Below are positions 30,624 through 42,664 of a stretch of DNA of 64,000 nucleotides, piece after piece. Both the position numbers and the translations under genes were made by a program. Within the stretch, counting starts at the first letter, position 1. Every line of letters starts with the position of its first letter. The stretch comes from Octopus vulgaris (taxonomy: Eukaryota): the NCBI GenBank assembly GCA_951406725.2, contig OX597828.1, forward strand, positions 1,488,001 to 1,552,000, read 5' to 3'. Under the pieces are notes generated by a model that saw only the letters and a list, made by a program, of their open reading frames with translations, made no database searches and was not told the DNA's origin.

Positions 30624-30940
30624 TATATGAAAGAATGGAGTTGAACGACTAGTTAACAAATATCCTTTATTCTCGACATATGTTTCGAAGGCTGCATATT
30701 CCTAATTCCGAAGGAATAAGGAGTACATTATGCAGATTTCTCATCAGGAAAATCAAGGAACTTATGTCGACATCAAAATGCACAAAAAACTTTTAGCTGA
30801 CCGCTTGATTTTCCTGATGAGAAATCTGCATAATGTACTCCTTATTCCTTCGGAATTAGGAATATGCAGCCTTCGAAACATATGTCGAGAATAAAGGATA
30901 TTTGTTAACTAGTCGTTCAACTCCATTCTTTCATATACTT
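30621..30940. mobile_element. Perfect fold-back mini-element (137-bp arms, 46-nt spacer) in (TA)n
   Basis: 30621-30757 is the reverse complement of 30804-30940. Confidence 0.9.
30809..30895 (+). ncRNA. Canonical minimal type I HHR followed by AATAAA (mirror copy on minus strand)
   Basis: UUUUC-CUGAUGA-GAA..CUGCAUA...UAUGCAG..UUC-GAAA-C AUAU G-UC-GAGAA; predicted cut after 30886. Confidence 0.88.
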
Positions 30941-31128
30941 ATATATATATATATATATATTATACATATACGTATGCATATCTAGTCAATACAAGAGCTT
31001 TTACAAATTCAAACGAGCATACGGCTGGGCATAGAGCTACTCGATTGAAGTAACGCCAACAACAATATTAACAATCTCTCAGTCTGTGTCCTATAAACAC
31101 TTTCAATTTCATATATTCATGTATGTAG

Positions 31129-32105
31129 TGTTACGACCTGGTGGCCATAACCCGAATCTACACGACCAACACATTATGAAGGTTTTAAAAATATTATTAA
31201 TAATTAAGTGTCAGCATACACAAACAACCTACATACAAACAAATATATAGGAACAAATATATTAATGCTACACTAGACGACAGTTTATAAATTTGGATTC
31301 AGAAATTTCGTTTCATAAACTTGATTTCATAAATTTGGATTCAGAAATTTCGTTTCATTGGATTCACAAATGTGGTTTTCGAAATTTGCATTCTGAAATT
31401 TGGTTTTCGAAATTTGGACCTAAACATAAATAGATCTAATGTCAAAGCAACCATTTAAACTAAAAGTTCATGACACAAAACGGCTGCCAAACTACATCAA
31501 TAATTATAGTTAAAAAAACAAATAGCCAGACAAAAAAGTCTAGTTTGCTTTAAATTCACACAAAACTGCTTCATACAAGCATGCAGAGTAACCATAAAAT
31601 TTACAGTTTAGCTGTCTAATACAAAAAATTGGCTACATGGAAAATTAAATTCATACACCCTCTAGCTATTTATACAAATTTTTCAACATTTATCTTAACA
31701 GAAAATAGCTAGCAAAATTACTACACAACCTGCCACAAATTCAGGGTTTAAAATTCACATAAATATTACAATGACATAACTCATGAGATTTTTGTGTTCA
31801 CCCAGATGTGACACAAAAATTATTTAAATCTGACAAGCAAAAGTTCTGGCGAATTCCTGGAGCATAAAATAAATCCAAAAATGCCTAAGACAAAGCACAA
31901 AGTGCATAAACTAAACAGGCAATCATAGCTTTCAGAATCCAATTGAACAATCTTATCTCACTGAAAATAACTTAGTTAACTGAGTGTACAATTATCTCTG
32001 CTTATAAAGGTTTGCTAAGGTGTAGCCAATTTGTTAGAATTTCACAGTTTGGCTATTTACACCTAACTTCCCCATTATGACAATGGACTTCATCCTGACC
32101 GTACA
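31129..32105. mobile_element. Possible solo LTR
   Basis: TGTTACG...CGTACA termini, about 1 kb, non-coding, with internal short tandem repeats near 31290-31420; no matching TSD. Confidence 0.3.
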
Positions 32106-32242
32106 GTGCAGCATACAAAACCGTGTGTTTACCTGTTAAAATTTATAATGCAGTGTAGGTAACATTGCCCAATAATAATGATATTTTAATTTATATTCAT
32201 ATAGTCACACACGCACATACCATAACAGATACCACACATGCA

Positions 32243-32371
<129 letters not shown>

Positions 32372-33699
32372 ACACACAAAATTGAATATATAATATTGAT
32401 TCCCTTATCCGAATATTGATTCAAAATCTGATTGCTTTTCAATGATGACATGACTCACCACAAATGGAAAATTCCACAATGTGCTGAGATGTACAACTGT
32501 TGTGTGCCGTTATGGCACATGATCTGACCTATCCTGCGTGGATATTTCCCAGCTCAGGTGAGTTGGCCACAATAGTTGTCTTTTCTTCAAGTTTGTAAGC
32601 ATTGATCATCGTGTTTTGTCTCGTTTTCTATTTATGCATAGTAAGCAAAAAGAAAGTGATTTTTACGTGAAATTTGAATTTCATCTCCATATATGAGTAA
32701 CACGACCAGTATCCGCAATCTGTACATTACTTTAAAAATAAAGGTTGACTCTTCTCACTTTTCCTTTTATTTACCTGCTATCATGTTCAATGCTTTGTTT
32801 TTATATCTCACACTAGCATAAGGTGACCCGCTCTACGCGCGGGTAAGAGTGTTGTTGTTACTTTCTGTTGCTTCCTTTCTGTTTTTATCACCCCATTCTC
32901 CCTCTTTGTTTCTCTCTCCTTTCTCTCTCACTTTCCCACTCTCTTACTCTTCCTTTCTCTCTTACTCTCCCTCGCTATCCCTTACTCTCTATCTTTCTGT
33001 ATCTATCTCTCTCCCATCTATAAACTACAAAAGATCTTGAGTAAGTTGAAAAAGTAAAATATTTTGAAAGATCAATCATAAATATCAGGCAGTGATAACG
33101 GAAAGGTCTGCTTCAAGACAGACAGCAAAACACTAACATTTAAAAGGGACAGACGAACTTGCGAGCTGAATAAAAAAAAATATTGGAAACCAAAGTTTGA
33201 AGGGATAGAATGTGAGGATAGTAGAGTCACCATGGCTGGCATTTCTTAACGACGGACAGCAACGTAGTGGCAGTTTAACGGCTGGCGTAAAATTTTGAAC
33301 TTGATGTAAAAGAAAATTCCTAAACACCAAGTTTTGAAGTGATTCTTTCTCACGAGAGTAGACTCACCATGGCAAGCATTCAAAACTTCTACATCATGGA
33401 CGGCAACACATTGACGATTTAAAGGCTGGCGCAAAATTTTTAGCTTGATGTAACAGAGAATTCCTAAGCACCCGCTCCTGTAAATTATAATCCCCTTCCA
33501 GCCCCATTTAGACGCCTTTACACATTTTGGTTAATATAACCCGATTTCATTCGGGTCTACTTGGGCCACATTTTATAAGATGAGGAATTTTGTCCTAGAG
33601 GTCACGCCTTTCATTTGAGGAAAAAAATAGTTGACATGCAAATTCGCCAGCACTTTTAACATAGGTATGTTGGATCTGCGGCTTTTGCATTTTCATTGC

Positions 33700-34995
33700 T
33701 TCAATCATTCCTTCTTTACTCTCCAAACCAGGCTATTCACCTCTTCCCTTACACAACCTTTACAACCTTCTTTCCTCTTTCCATACAATATTTACACATC
33801 ACCCTTGGGCTGTAGTTCCTTGTCATTGATTTACGTGTTCTCCGGTCTATCTCTTGTTATTCATTCTTCTTCTAAGATACTATTCAGCCCACGTGTTAAC
33901 TGCTCTAATCTTATAGTGGCCATTTAGTTCGATTGGAGCACAAGTCGAGTTCTTGTGTTCATTCATTTTATCTCTTTCAATGATACACAGGTGCTTATAT
34001 CCTTCCTCTCCGACTTCCTTTATAGTTTCGCCACTTTCCAGCTTGATCCTTCGTTCCTCTGCTCTTACGTCTACACCCATTTTGTTTCACTGGTAGTAGG
34101 TCGTTCTCATTTAGGTTGTTATAGATGTTGTTTGATATGGTGGCCGTCATGAGTTTCCACATCAGTGGCAAACAAGATATTGGTCGGAAATTTCCAACCG
34201 CAATTCCCTTTACTTGGGTCCTTCTGGCATAGTACCGTTCTTCCATTTGTCATCCATGCCGGTACTGTCCAGCTGTCTCGCAATTCTCCCGTGCAGAGTT
34301 GTCAAGTTTTTAAGCCAAAAGCCCCGAACCCATCTGGGCCAGGCGTTTTCCAGTTAGGAATTCTCCTGCACTGTTCTCTAATCATCTCCTCGGTTATTCT
34401 CAAAACCTCTTGCTGATATCTCCCTACCCTCCTCTTTGAGTATCTTTAACTATTCTGCTTCAGTTTCGTGTTGTCTCGCCTCAGATCATAATGTTTGCCC
34501 AGAATCTTTTGCTTTCTTCAGCATCCGGCACGGCCTTTTCACCTTTTTCTTTCCCAACTAGTTCCTGACAGTCTCGTTCTGATTTTCTTCGAAAAGTTTG
34601 TTAAATCTATATTGCTCAATTCTCTGTTCACATCTGTTTAGTTTCTGTGCTTTAGCTTTCAACTTCTGTTTTAATTCCTCAATGACAACATTGATTTCCT
34701 TTCTATATATATTTCCTCTCTAGCTCAGCATATTTCTCTTGCTGAGCTTCATTTTTTTCCGTTCCAGAATATCAATGCTTTCTGGTCTCGTTAACACACT
34801 ACGTAATTCTCCTTTTCCACCGTGGTTCCTTCAGGTTATGTTGACATTTACCTTTGGCTAACCTAACTTCCGTGCTATAAAGATCGAGATTGCATTTATC
34901 ATGTTGGTGTCTGTGATATTGTCAGTCCTGATATCACCAGTGATATCATTTATCTTTCTGACCCATTCATTGAGTTTCTTTGTCTACTTTTTTAT
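33700..34995 (-). mobile_element. R4/Dong-type RT fragment, heavily deleted
   Basis: [42 protein letters not shown] and RAVNTWA. Confidence 0.8.
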
Positions 34996-35003
34996 TCTAT
35001 TAC

Positions 35004-35077
<74 letters not shown>

Positions 35078-35078
35078 G

Positions 35079-35388
35079 TCTATGTTTGACTTTTGCTTTA
35101 TGTTTGTACAAGTTGGCTCCAAGTCTCACCCAGAGACCTCAAGAGACAACAGGTTGGAAGTTCACGTTGTTGTTATGCTTAGTGTGCCATATATTTGTTT
35201 TTTTTTGGTGTTGTACTAGTGAATGTCTAATAAATAAATAAATAAAAAAAAGTTTGTTTTAAACCTTGGGATTACATAGAGAGTATTTTGCGTAGGATAT
35301 GAGCAGTTCCCATGAGCACTATCTTTTGAATTTCTGCCATTTTTGGGTTTCCTGGTATCTGAGTTAGGTAGCAATCAGCCCCTTTCGC
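35079..35388 (-). mobile_element. Dong-type extreme 3' end between (TTA)n tracts
   Basis: IPGNPKMAEIQKIVLMGTAHILRKILSM* plus the 3' UTR shared with 36250-36560, 48151-48570(+) and about 27590-27760(+). Confidence 0.85.
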
Positions 35389-35419
35389 TTATTATTATTA
35401 TTATTATTATTACGTTTTT

Positions 35420-36137
35420 TTTTTCTTCTTTCAAATTTGCTTCCATTTCTTGCCGAGTGTCTTCCCGACTCCTAGGGCAAAGAAACTCATAGTATACATT
35501 GGTAGGCCATTAAACAAAACTCAATAGTTCGTTAATTTTTTATTTTTTATTTTTAAGTTAAATTAAAATACATGAGCAGCAACAGTTCTCACATCGACAA
35601 TGCTCTTCTCAATACGTGTGATGTACCAGTTAAGACAATCTTTTGCACTTCTTGCAGGGATGGTAAGCCAGGGATCATTCTCATATAATTTTCGGTTCCC
35701 TTCTTGATCATTCCTAGTGCTCCTACGATCACTGGTATTGTAACCGCCTTGAAATGCCACATTTTCTCAATTTCAATGAGTAGGTCTTTATATTTTCTGA
35801 GCTTGTCAAATTCTTTCGCTGAGATATTATGATCACAGGGGATGCTCATGTCGATCAATAAGCAAACTTTATTGTTTTGGTCTTTCACAACAATATCTGG
35901 TTTATTGGCCTTGATGGTTCGGTCTCTATGTACTGGAAAGTCTCACAGAATGGTTACATTTTCTCCTTCAGTTACAGCCTCAGGGTGGTGATTATACCAC
36001 TTGTCGGCAGTTTTGATATTGTAATGCCGACTTATTAGCCAGTGTAGATATTGGCCAACTCTGTCATGTCTTAATTTATACTCCACTGGTGCTAAGACTT
36101 TACATCCAGAGATTAGGTGGTCCACTGTTTCAATCTT
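35420..36137 (-). mobile_element. Dong-type REL 3' fragment
   Basis: DHLISGC..RHDRVG, LLIDMSIP and KLRKYKDLLIEIEKMW; (TTA)n on both flanks. Confidence 0.9.
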
Positions 36138-36144
36138 ATTATTA

Positions 36145-36236
<92 letters not shown>

Positions 36237-36249
36237 ATTATTATTATTA

Positions 36250-39200
36250 CATATTTGACTTTTGCTTTGTATTTGTACAAGCTGGTTCTAAGTCTCACCC
36301 AGAGACATCAAGAGATAACAAGTTAGGAGTTCATGTTGGCGTTATGCTTAGGGTGTCATATATTTGGTTTTGCACATAGTGTTGTTCTAGAGAATGTCTA
36401 AGAAAACAAGATTATGAGTTTGTTCTAGAATTTGAAATTATATAGAAATTTTTTTACGTAGGATATGGGCAGTTACCATGAGCACTATCTTTTGAATTTT
36501 TGCCATTTTGGGGTTTCCTGGTATCTGAGCTAGATAGCAATCAGCGCCTTTTGCTATCATTCCCAGGGTACATATGACAACATGTATTGTTTTAGTCTTG
36601 AAGTGCCACATTTTGCTGATTTCTATTTCAAGATCTTTATATTTGCTCAGTTTTTGGTAGGTCTTGACAGATATGTTTATATCGATTGGGACAGTCATAT
36701 CAATGAGGAGGCATGTTTTTTGTCTGAAGTCTTTTAATATAATGTCTGGTCTATTCGTATCTATCTTTCTGTCAGTTTGAATGGTGAAGCTCCTAAGGAG
36801 TGAGATGTGATGATTTTCAAGCACTGGAGGTAGTTTGTGTTCCCACCAGTTTTTATCATGGGGCAGGACCAGGTTTTTGCAAATTACCCAGTGAATATAT
36901 TGTGCTGCTCTATCATGCCTGTTGAGATACTCTGTAGGCGAAAGAAGACTGCACATGGAGACAACATAATCAATGGTTTCATTTTGTTGTTGACATACAC
37001 GACATGTTGGGCTACTGCCGTTCTTTAATATGTTGGCCTGGTAGTTTCTTGTAGATAGGCATTAATCTTGGGCTGCTATGATAAACCCTTCTGTTTCTGA
37101 TTCTAAGCCAGAGGTCATTAGCCATTGATGGGTGAGAGCTTTGTCAGCATCGGCATTATTCGCTCTCTTTGGGTATTTGCCAATGAGAGGTTTTTCTTGC
37201 CCTTTATCATTCAGAATATCTAAGGCCGCAGTTTTAGCACGGGTTTTCATGCGCTTAGCTTTTTCTGTGCTTGTTTCTAGTACGACTAATTCTGGAATTT
37301 GTTGTATTCAGAATTCCTTTGCCTGTTTTGTTACTGAGTATGATGCTTTCTTGTTTTCATGTTTTGAGACAAGTTTTAACATTTAGCCCTCGGTGCTTTT
37401 CAGGTAGGTGTCTAGGCCAATTGTGGCAATATTCATTGTTAATTCCAGTTGTAAAAATCAACGGTTACTCTCTTTTCTTGGCAGGTAAAGTCGTTCTATA
37501 TCTGCCTTAGGGTAATGCATTCTATGCATTGTGAACAATTTTCGTATTTTTCTGTCAAGATTACATGTTTCAGTAATTGACCAGTTAATGATATTGAAAC
37601 TGTAAGTCACGACTGATATGGCTAAAGTATTGATCGCTTCGATCCTGTTTCTCGCATTCATCTCTGTCTTGAGTATTGCCCTTACCCTGCGATAACATAC
37701 TCTTCTGACCCTTTCCTTCATCACTGAATGTTTGATTCTATCCCCTTCAAATACCCCTAGGTATTTGTAGCTCTCCACTGGTTCTAATTCTTTTATGACA
37801 TGCTGCTGGTCAAGGTTAACGTTAGATGTTTCTGCCGTTTTTCCTTTGATAGAGGTAGCTTTTTCACATTTATCGAGGCCAAATTGCATCCTGATTTCAT
37901 AACTGAATTGTTTAACAATCGCTAGTAAGCCCTGGAGTTGTTGGTCATTTTTTGTAAAGAGCTTTAAATCATCCGTGTAAATGAGATGTTTTATACTTTT
38001 ATCAAACATTTTATTGTGCATCATCGAGCAATTTCGAGAGAGGTATTAAGGCTACACAAAATAGGTGTGGTGATAGAGAGTCACCCGGGAAGATGCCACA
38101 TGAAATTCTTACATCTCCAGCATTAATAAATTCATTGTCACTGTTCGAAGTCAGTGTAGTTGTCCATGATCTCATGCTTACAGACAAAAAGTTTCGCAGA
38201 GTAGGTGCTAGTTTATACATTTCCAGACATTTCTTAATCCAGCAAGGTGGTAGCCTGTCAAAAGCTTTTTATAGTCTATCCAGGCTATCGACAAGTTTTT
38301 GTGTTGTTTGTGACAATCTTCTAAGATAATTGTATTGATGAGTAGATGTTCTTTACAACCATAGGACTCACGTTTTCGTTGGCGTTTCTCATACCGGCGG
38401 ATCCTTTGTGCTTTGGCAAGGATATCTTGCTTTAGCTTTTCTTTTATCTCAGGTAAAGCTTTTTCTGTGATGTTGTATTTGCATACTATTTTTGTTTTCT
38501 TCTTGTTGCTTAGTAGTGTTGATTGTCTACTAATTTCGTTAAGAATCGACAGATCTTTTCTCTTTTTTTCTATTTTATTTTTTGGATATTATTTGTCCAC
38601 AGGGTTTGTTTGGGTGGTGGTACTCCTGTTTGGATGGGCTTGAAGGAGCATCCAGCTTCTTTTGTGGCTGCAGTGGCTGCTGCATATATTATGTCATTTA
38701 GCTCAGTGATATTGCCATTTGTTTCTATAGCTATTAGTTCCGTGACGGCCAGGTTTATGCTATTTATTATTGATGTTGTTTTATTGTCCATTTTGATTTT
38801 GGGAAGGTATAATCGGTGGTCCATTCTGAGATCTGTGGTTTTCAGTTCTTTGATTATTCTCATTTTTATAGTATCATAATCATTAAGTTCCCCTTCACTG
38901 TGTCCCGGTTTTAGATTTGTTTTGCCCTCTTTCTCATTCATATGTTTATCTGTGGTGTTCTGGATTGGTGCTTTTTGTTCATTATTATACATTCCTACGG
39001 TCTGGGTTCGTTTACTTCGTTTTTGTTGGAAATGTTACGTCTATCTTCATGTTTTACTATCTCAGTGTTTATATTATTTGGCATTGTTGTGTGGCTTCTA
39101 TCTACATTTTCCTGATGTATTTTCCCATTTAAATGTTCTATTTCTATTTCTGATATTTTCTTTTTTTGCTTTGAGAATATATATTCGTATGTTAGCTAGT

Positions 39201-39300
39201 TTATTAGGGTTCATTGCTGTATCCAAGTTTTTATTTAGATTATTTTTCTTCCATATTTTATATGTATATGTTGATATCCAGTTAAAATACATAATTTCAT
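36250..39300 (-). mobile_element. Longest R4/Dong-type copy (N-terminus, RT, REL), decayed
   Basis: GIFPGDSLSPHLF, HLIYTDDLKLF, FGLDKC, YKYLGV, ETEGFIIAAQD, RHD and RPDI. Confidence 0.92.
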
Positions 39301-39639
39301 TTGAAAATAGAAATAAATTTCAATAAGTATTATTTACTTGGATATAGTTCAACCCTTTATCAGTTATTTTTGGCTCCATGCGATGTCTTTATTTCCGATG
39401 TTTTTGGATAAATTTCGCTCTCATATGTAAAATGGTGTATTCCCTCCTCCTCCTCTTCCTCCTTCCCTCCTCCCCTCCACCTCCCCTCCCTCTCACTCCT
39501 CATCCCCTCCTCTCCCTTGAAACTTGCTAAAAAGCATATTTTGCTTTAAAGTAATATCTCCTTGTATACACAATTGTCAGTAATCATACTGTTTCCATTT
39601 CTCTCAGCCAATATTTTTACATTAGCCTTCTTTCAAACT

Positions 39640-40500
39640 GTAGATAATGCAACACACAGCTGACCATGTGAGAAGAATTGTGTTGGAAGATATATTCCAA
39701 TTTTTCAAAAGTCTGTCCCTATGCCTTGTTGCATGTCAAGGCAAGAGCTGGCTTGACAGGAAATTGTTTGCGCGTAAATGTGAATGGAAATTCCATTTCT
39801 TGAGATACATGTAGTATTCTTGGGATTAGCAGAGTTGGTCCTGCATAAGGACCAGAAGCAACCCCAACCTCAATAACATGATCATGTAAACTGACAATGA
39901 TGTAGTATGTGCCATTGCAATGTCCATTAGTAACATCTAAATGTCTCAGAAGCATTATGCATCATTTTCCCTTCGGTTTGAAAATGTATGATGGAAATTC
40001 TGATGGCGTAAGTTTGTTTATAAATTCGATTGGGTACAGAGTGTCATTATCAACTGTATCTGAACTTCTGTATACTTTTAGCTCACCAGAGATCCTGGTC
40101 AACAGAAAATCATTCACAAATTGTGCTGCTTCATTTGTTGGAGCAACAACGGTTCTATTTGCAAGCCACACAGTGTTTGTGAAGTTGTTTTTGATGTCAG
40201 CATATACAAAATCCCATAGACCTGAAAGAATACCACTTTCAAGGCAAAGGTCATTGGGTAGTTTGATTTTGAATTCACGCAGGCTTTATTCAACAGAAAT
40301 GTTACAATTTCTTGCACCAAGAAGGTAATTGGCAAACTCTCTTTCATCAGAATGATCTTCTGTAAGAGAAGTCTTAGATTGGTTGTCAACTCCTCTACTT
40401 CCACATGATCACAAAGAAAAGATCTCTTTAGTGATGCATCAGTAATTTCTGATCTGACATTATTTTGAAGTAGAATTCTCTCCTCCCGAGATACCATAAC
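39640..40500 (-). pseudogene. Helitron PIF1-type helicase C-terminal region
   Basis: LTTNLRL, VVAPTN, YPIEFINKL, LLRHLDVTNGHCNGT, FTRKQFPVKPA.ALTCNKA, then GQT and FSHGQL.VAL. Confidence 0.92.
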
Positions 40501-41389
40501 CAGTCAGTCATGTGTAGCGGAAACAGAATCATGTCTACGTCTCCGTGCATATTCAGGCATCTGATTCAGTCGCTTTGCCCTGGTTTCATCCGATTCAGTT
40601 ACCCATCTTTCTCTCTGCCGTTGTGCCTTTGCTGCTAAATTTTCTTTTTCAGTCGCATATATATAAATGAAAGCTCGTTAAAAACTATCCTGTTTAGTGT
40701 GCTAGCAGCGATCACATAGTTATTATCGTAAAGCTTATAGCGTTCCAAGTAGCCATATCAACACTTCATTTAAAAAAAATGATACAGATATATTAAAGAA
40801 TTTTCATTTTATCAAAAATATTCATTTAACAAACTCTGGAAACTGATAATATTCTTGAAAGTGTGCCTCATATCAAAGTTAAACAGCTATTTTGTGTAAT
40901 AGCATGCATTCATTCAACACAAAATCACTTAAAAACTATACCGGTATATTATAAATTTTTCACTTTATCAAAAATATTCATTTAACAAACTCCTGAAATT
41001 GACAATATTCTTGAAATTGTGTCTCGTATCAAAGTTATATAGCTATTATTAAATTATCATTAATGAAAATAGAGGCGAATGAGAATGAGAGACTTTGCAA
41101 ATATAACGTAAAATGTTGCCCGCAACGAATTAATAGTGTTTATTATTAAACATTAAAATCTACTCCGCAGTGAATGCAATGAATATTCAAATTCATGAAG
41201 AAATGGACGCAGTGAATGCAATGAATATTTAAATTTGTGAGAATTTGGAGTTTAAAAATTCAATAAACTTCGGAAATCGAAAATATTTCCAGACGGTCAA
41301 GTTTTTATCATTGGTTTCTTTTAGTACTTTTAGTAATTGTTACATACCTGCTTATTGATATAAGTTGCTTTCTCCATTATAGTATAGAT

Positions 41390-41625
41390 TACCGGTTTCA
41401 ATGTGTAAGCTTATCTTAACAAATATTAAAAATTCAAGGATTAGGGAAATATGAAAAAAATTAGGAAATAAGAAAATGTGTTTAAAACATATTCTTAACT
41501 ACGCTCAGAGAAGAAACTGTTTTAATTTTAAATTTTTACTTATTTCCTAATCTTTATTCTTATTTCCTAATCCTTGTCTTTGGATTTTTAACATTTTATA
41601 AGATAAACATACATATCGAAAACGA
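41390..41625. repeat. Old diverged fold-back with GAAACCGGUA remnant
   Basis: Arms about 41390-41475 / 41538-41625; the minus strand ends in GAAACCGGUA. Confidence 0.5.
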
Positions 41626-42176
41626 TAAAAATACTTACCCTGTCTGATTAAAATTTTAAAAAGTAAAGAAAAATCTTTAAACATACTTCTGTGCGGTTTC
41701 CACTTTTACTTTCAACTCTTTACTCTTTTACTGTTTTACTTGTTTCAGTCATTTGACTGCGGCCATGCTGGAGCACCGCCTTTAGTTGACCAAATCCACC
41801 CCAAGACTTATTCTTTATAAGCCTAGTACTTATTCTATCGGTCTCTTTTGCCGAACCGCTAAGTTACGGGGACGTAAACACACCAGCACCGGTTGTCAAG
41901 CGATGTTGGGAGAACAAACACAGACAGACAGACATACAGACACACACACACACATATATATACATATATACGACGGGCTTCTTTCAGTTTCCGTCTCACA
42001 GGCTATAGTAGAAGACACTTTCCCAAGGTGCCACGCAGTGGGACTGAACCCGGAACCATGCTGTTCGTTAGCAAACTACTTACCACATAGCCACTCCTAC
42101 GCCCATTCTTGAAATTATATATATTATATATATAAATTAAAAGGGTGGCTTATAAGCAATTACAACCTAAAGGCAA

Positions 42177-42586
42177 AATTGAGGTTACAAAAGTGACGGA
42201 GGGTGCTAGCCAGCACCGCTTATGCTAAAGATAAGAGTTAAATCAACTCTAAAGCCACTAAAGCACTAAATTAATGACTGATACAGGGAGGTAAGTCCCT
42301 AGCGTACATAGCCGTATTGCAATTTCGAATTTTGGTGTAGAACACCTTAATTGTCATCAGCGGCCCTTAACGCCTAGGTTTAAACACAATTTCTCTTGTC
42401 AGTCGTATAAGAAACACCGTTTCAAGGTGTTCTGCTGCAAAATGCGAAATTGGAATACGGTTATGTACGCTAGGGACCTACTTACCTTTGTCAGTCGTTA
42501 ATTTAGTGCTTTAGTGTTAATTTAACTCTTATCTTTAGCAGAAGCGGTGCTGGGCAACACCCTCTGTCACTTTTGTGATCTCTATT
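42177..42586. mobile_element. Diverged fold-back mini-element in (TA)n carrying an HHR
   Basis: Arms about 42177-42349 / 42424-42586. Minus 42364-42311: GCCG-CUGAUGA-CAAUU..AAUUC-GAAA-UUGCAA-UA-CGGC. Confidence 0.8.
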
Positions 42587-42594
42587 AATTGTAT

Positions 42595-42658
<64 letters not shown>

Positions 42659-42664
<6 letters not shown>

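Larger units (their letters stand above)
32813..41388 (-). mobile_element. Internally deleted Helitron hosting a nested Dong cluster
   Basis: Minus strand: A|TC at 41388, PIF1 helicase remnant in sense, hairpin ACCCGC/GCGGGT (32826-32844) and CTAG|T at 32813. Linking the two ends into one element is inferred. Confidence 0.6.
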
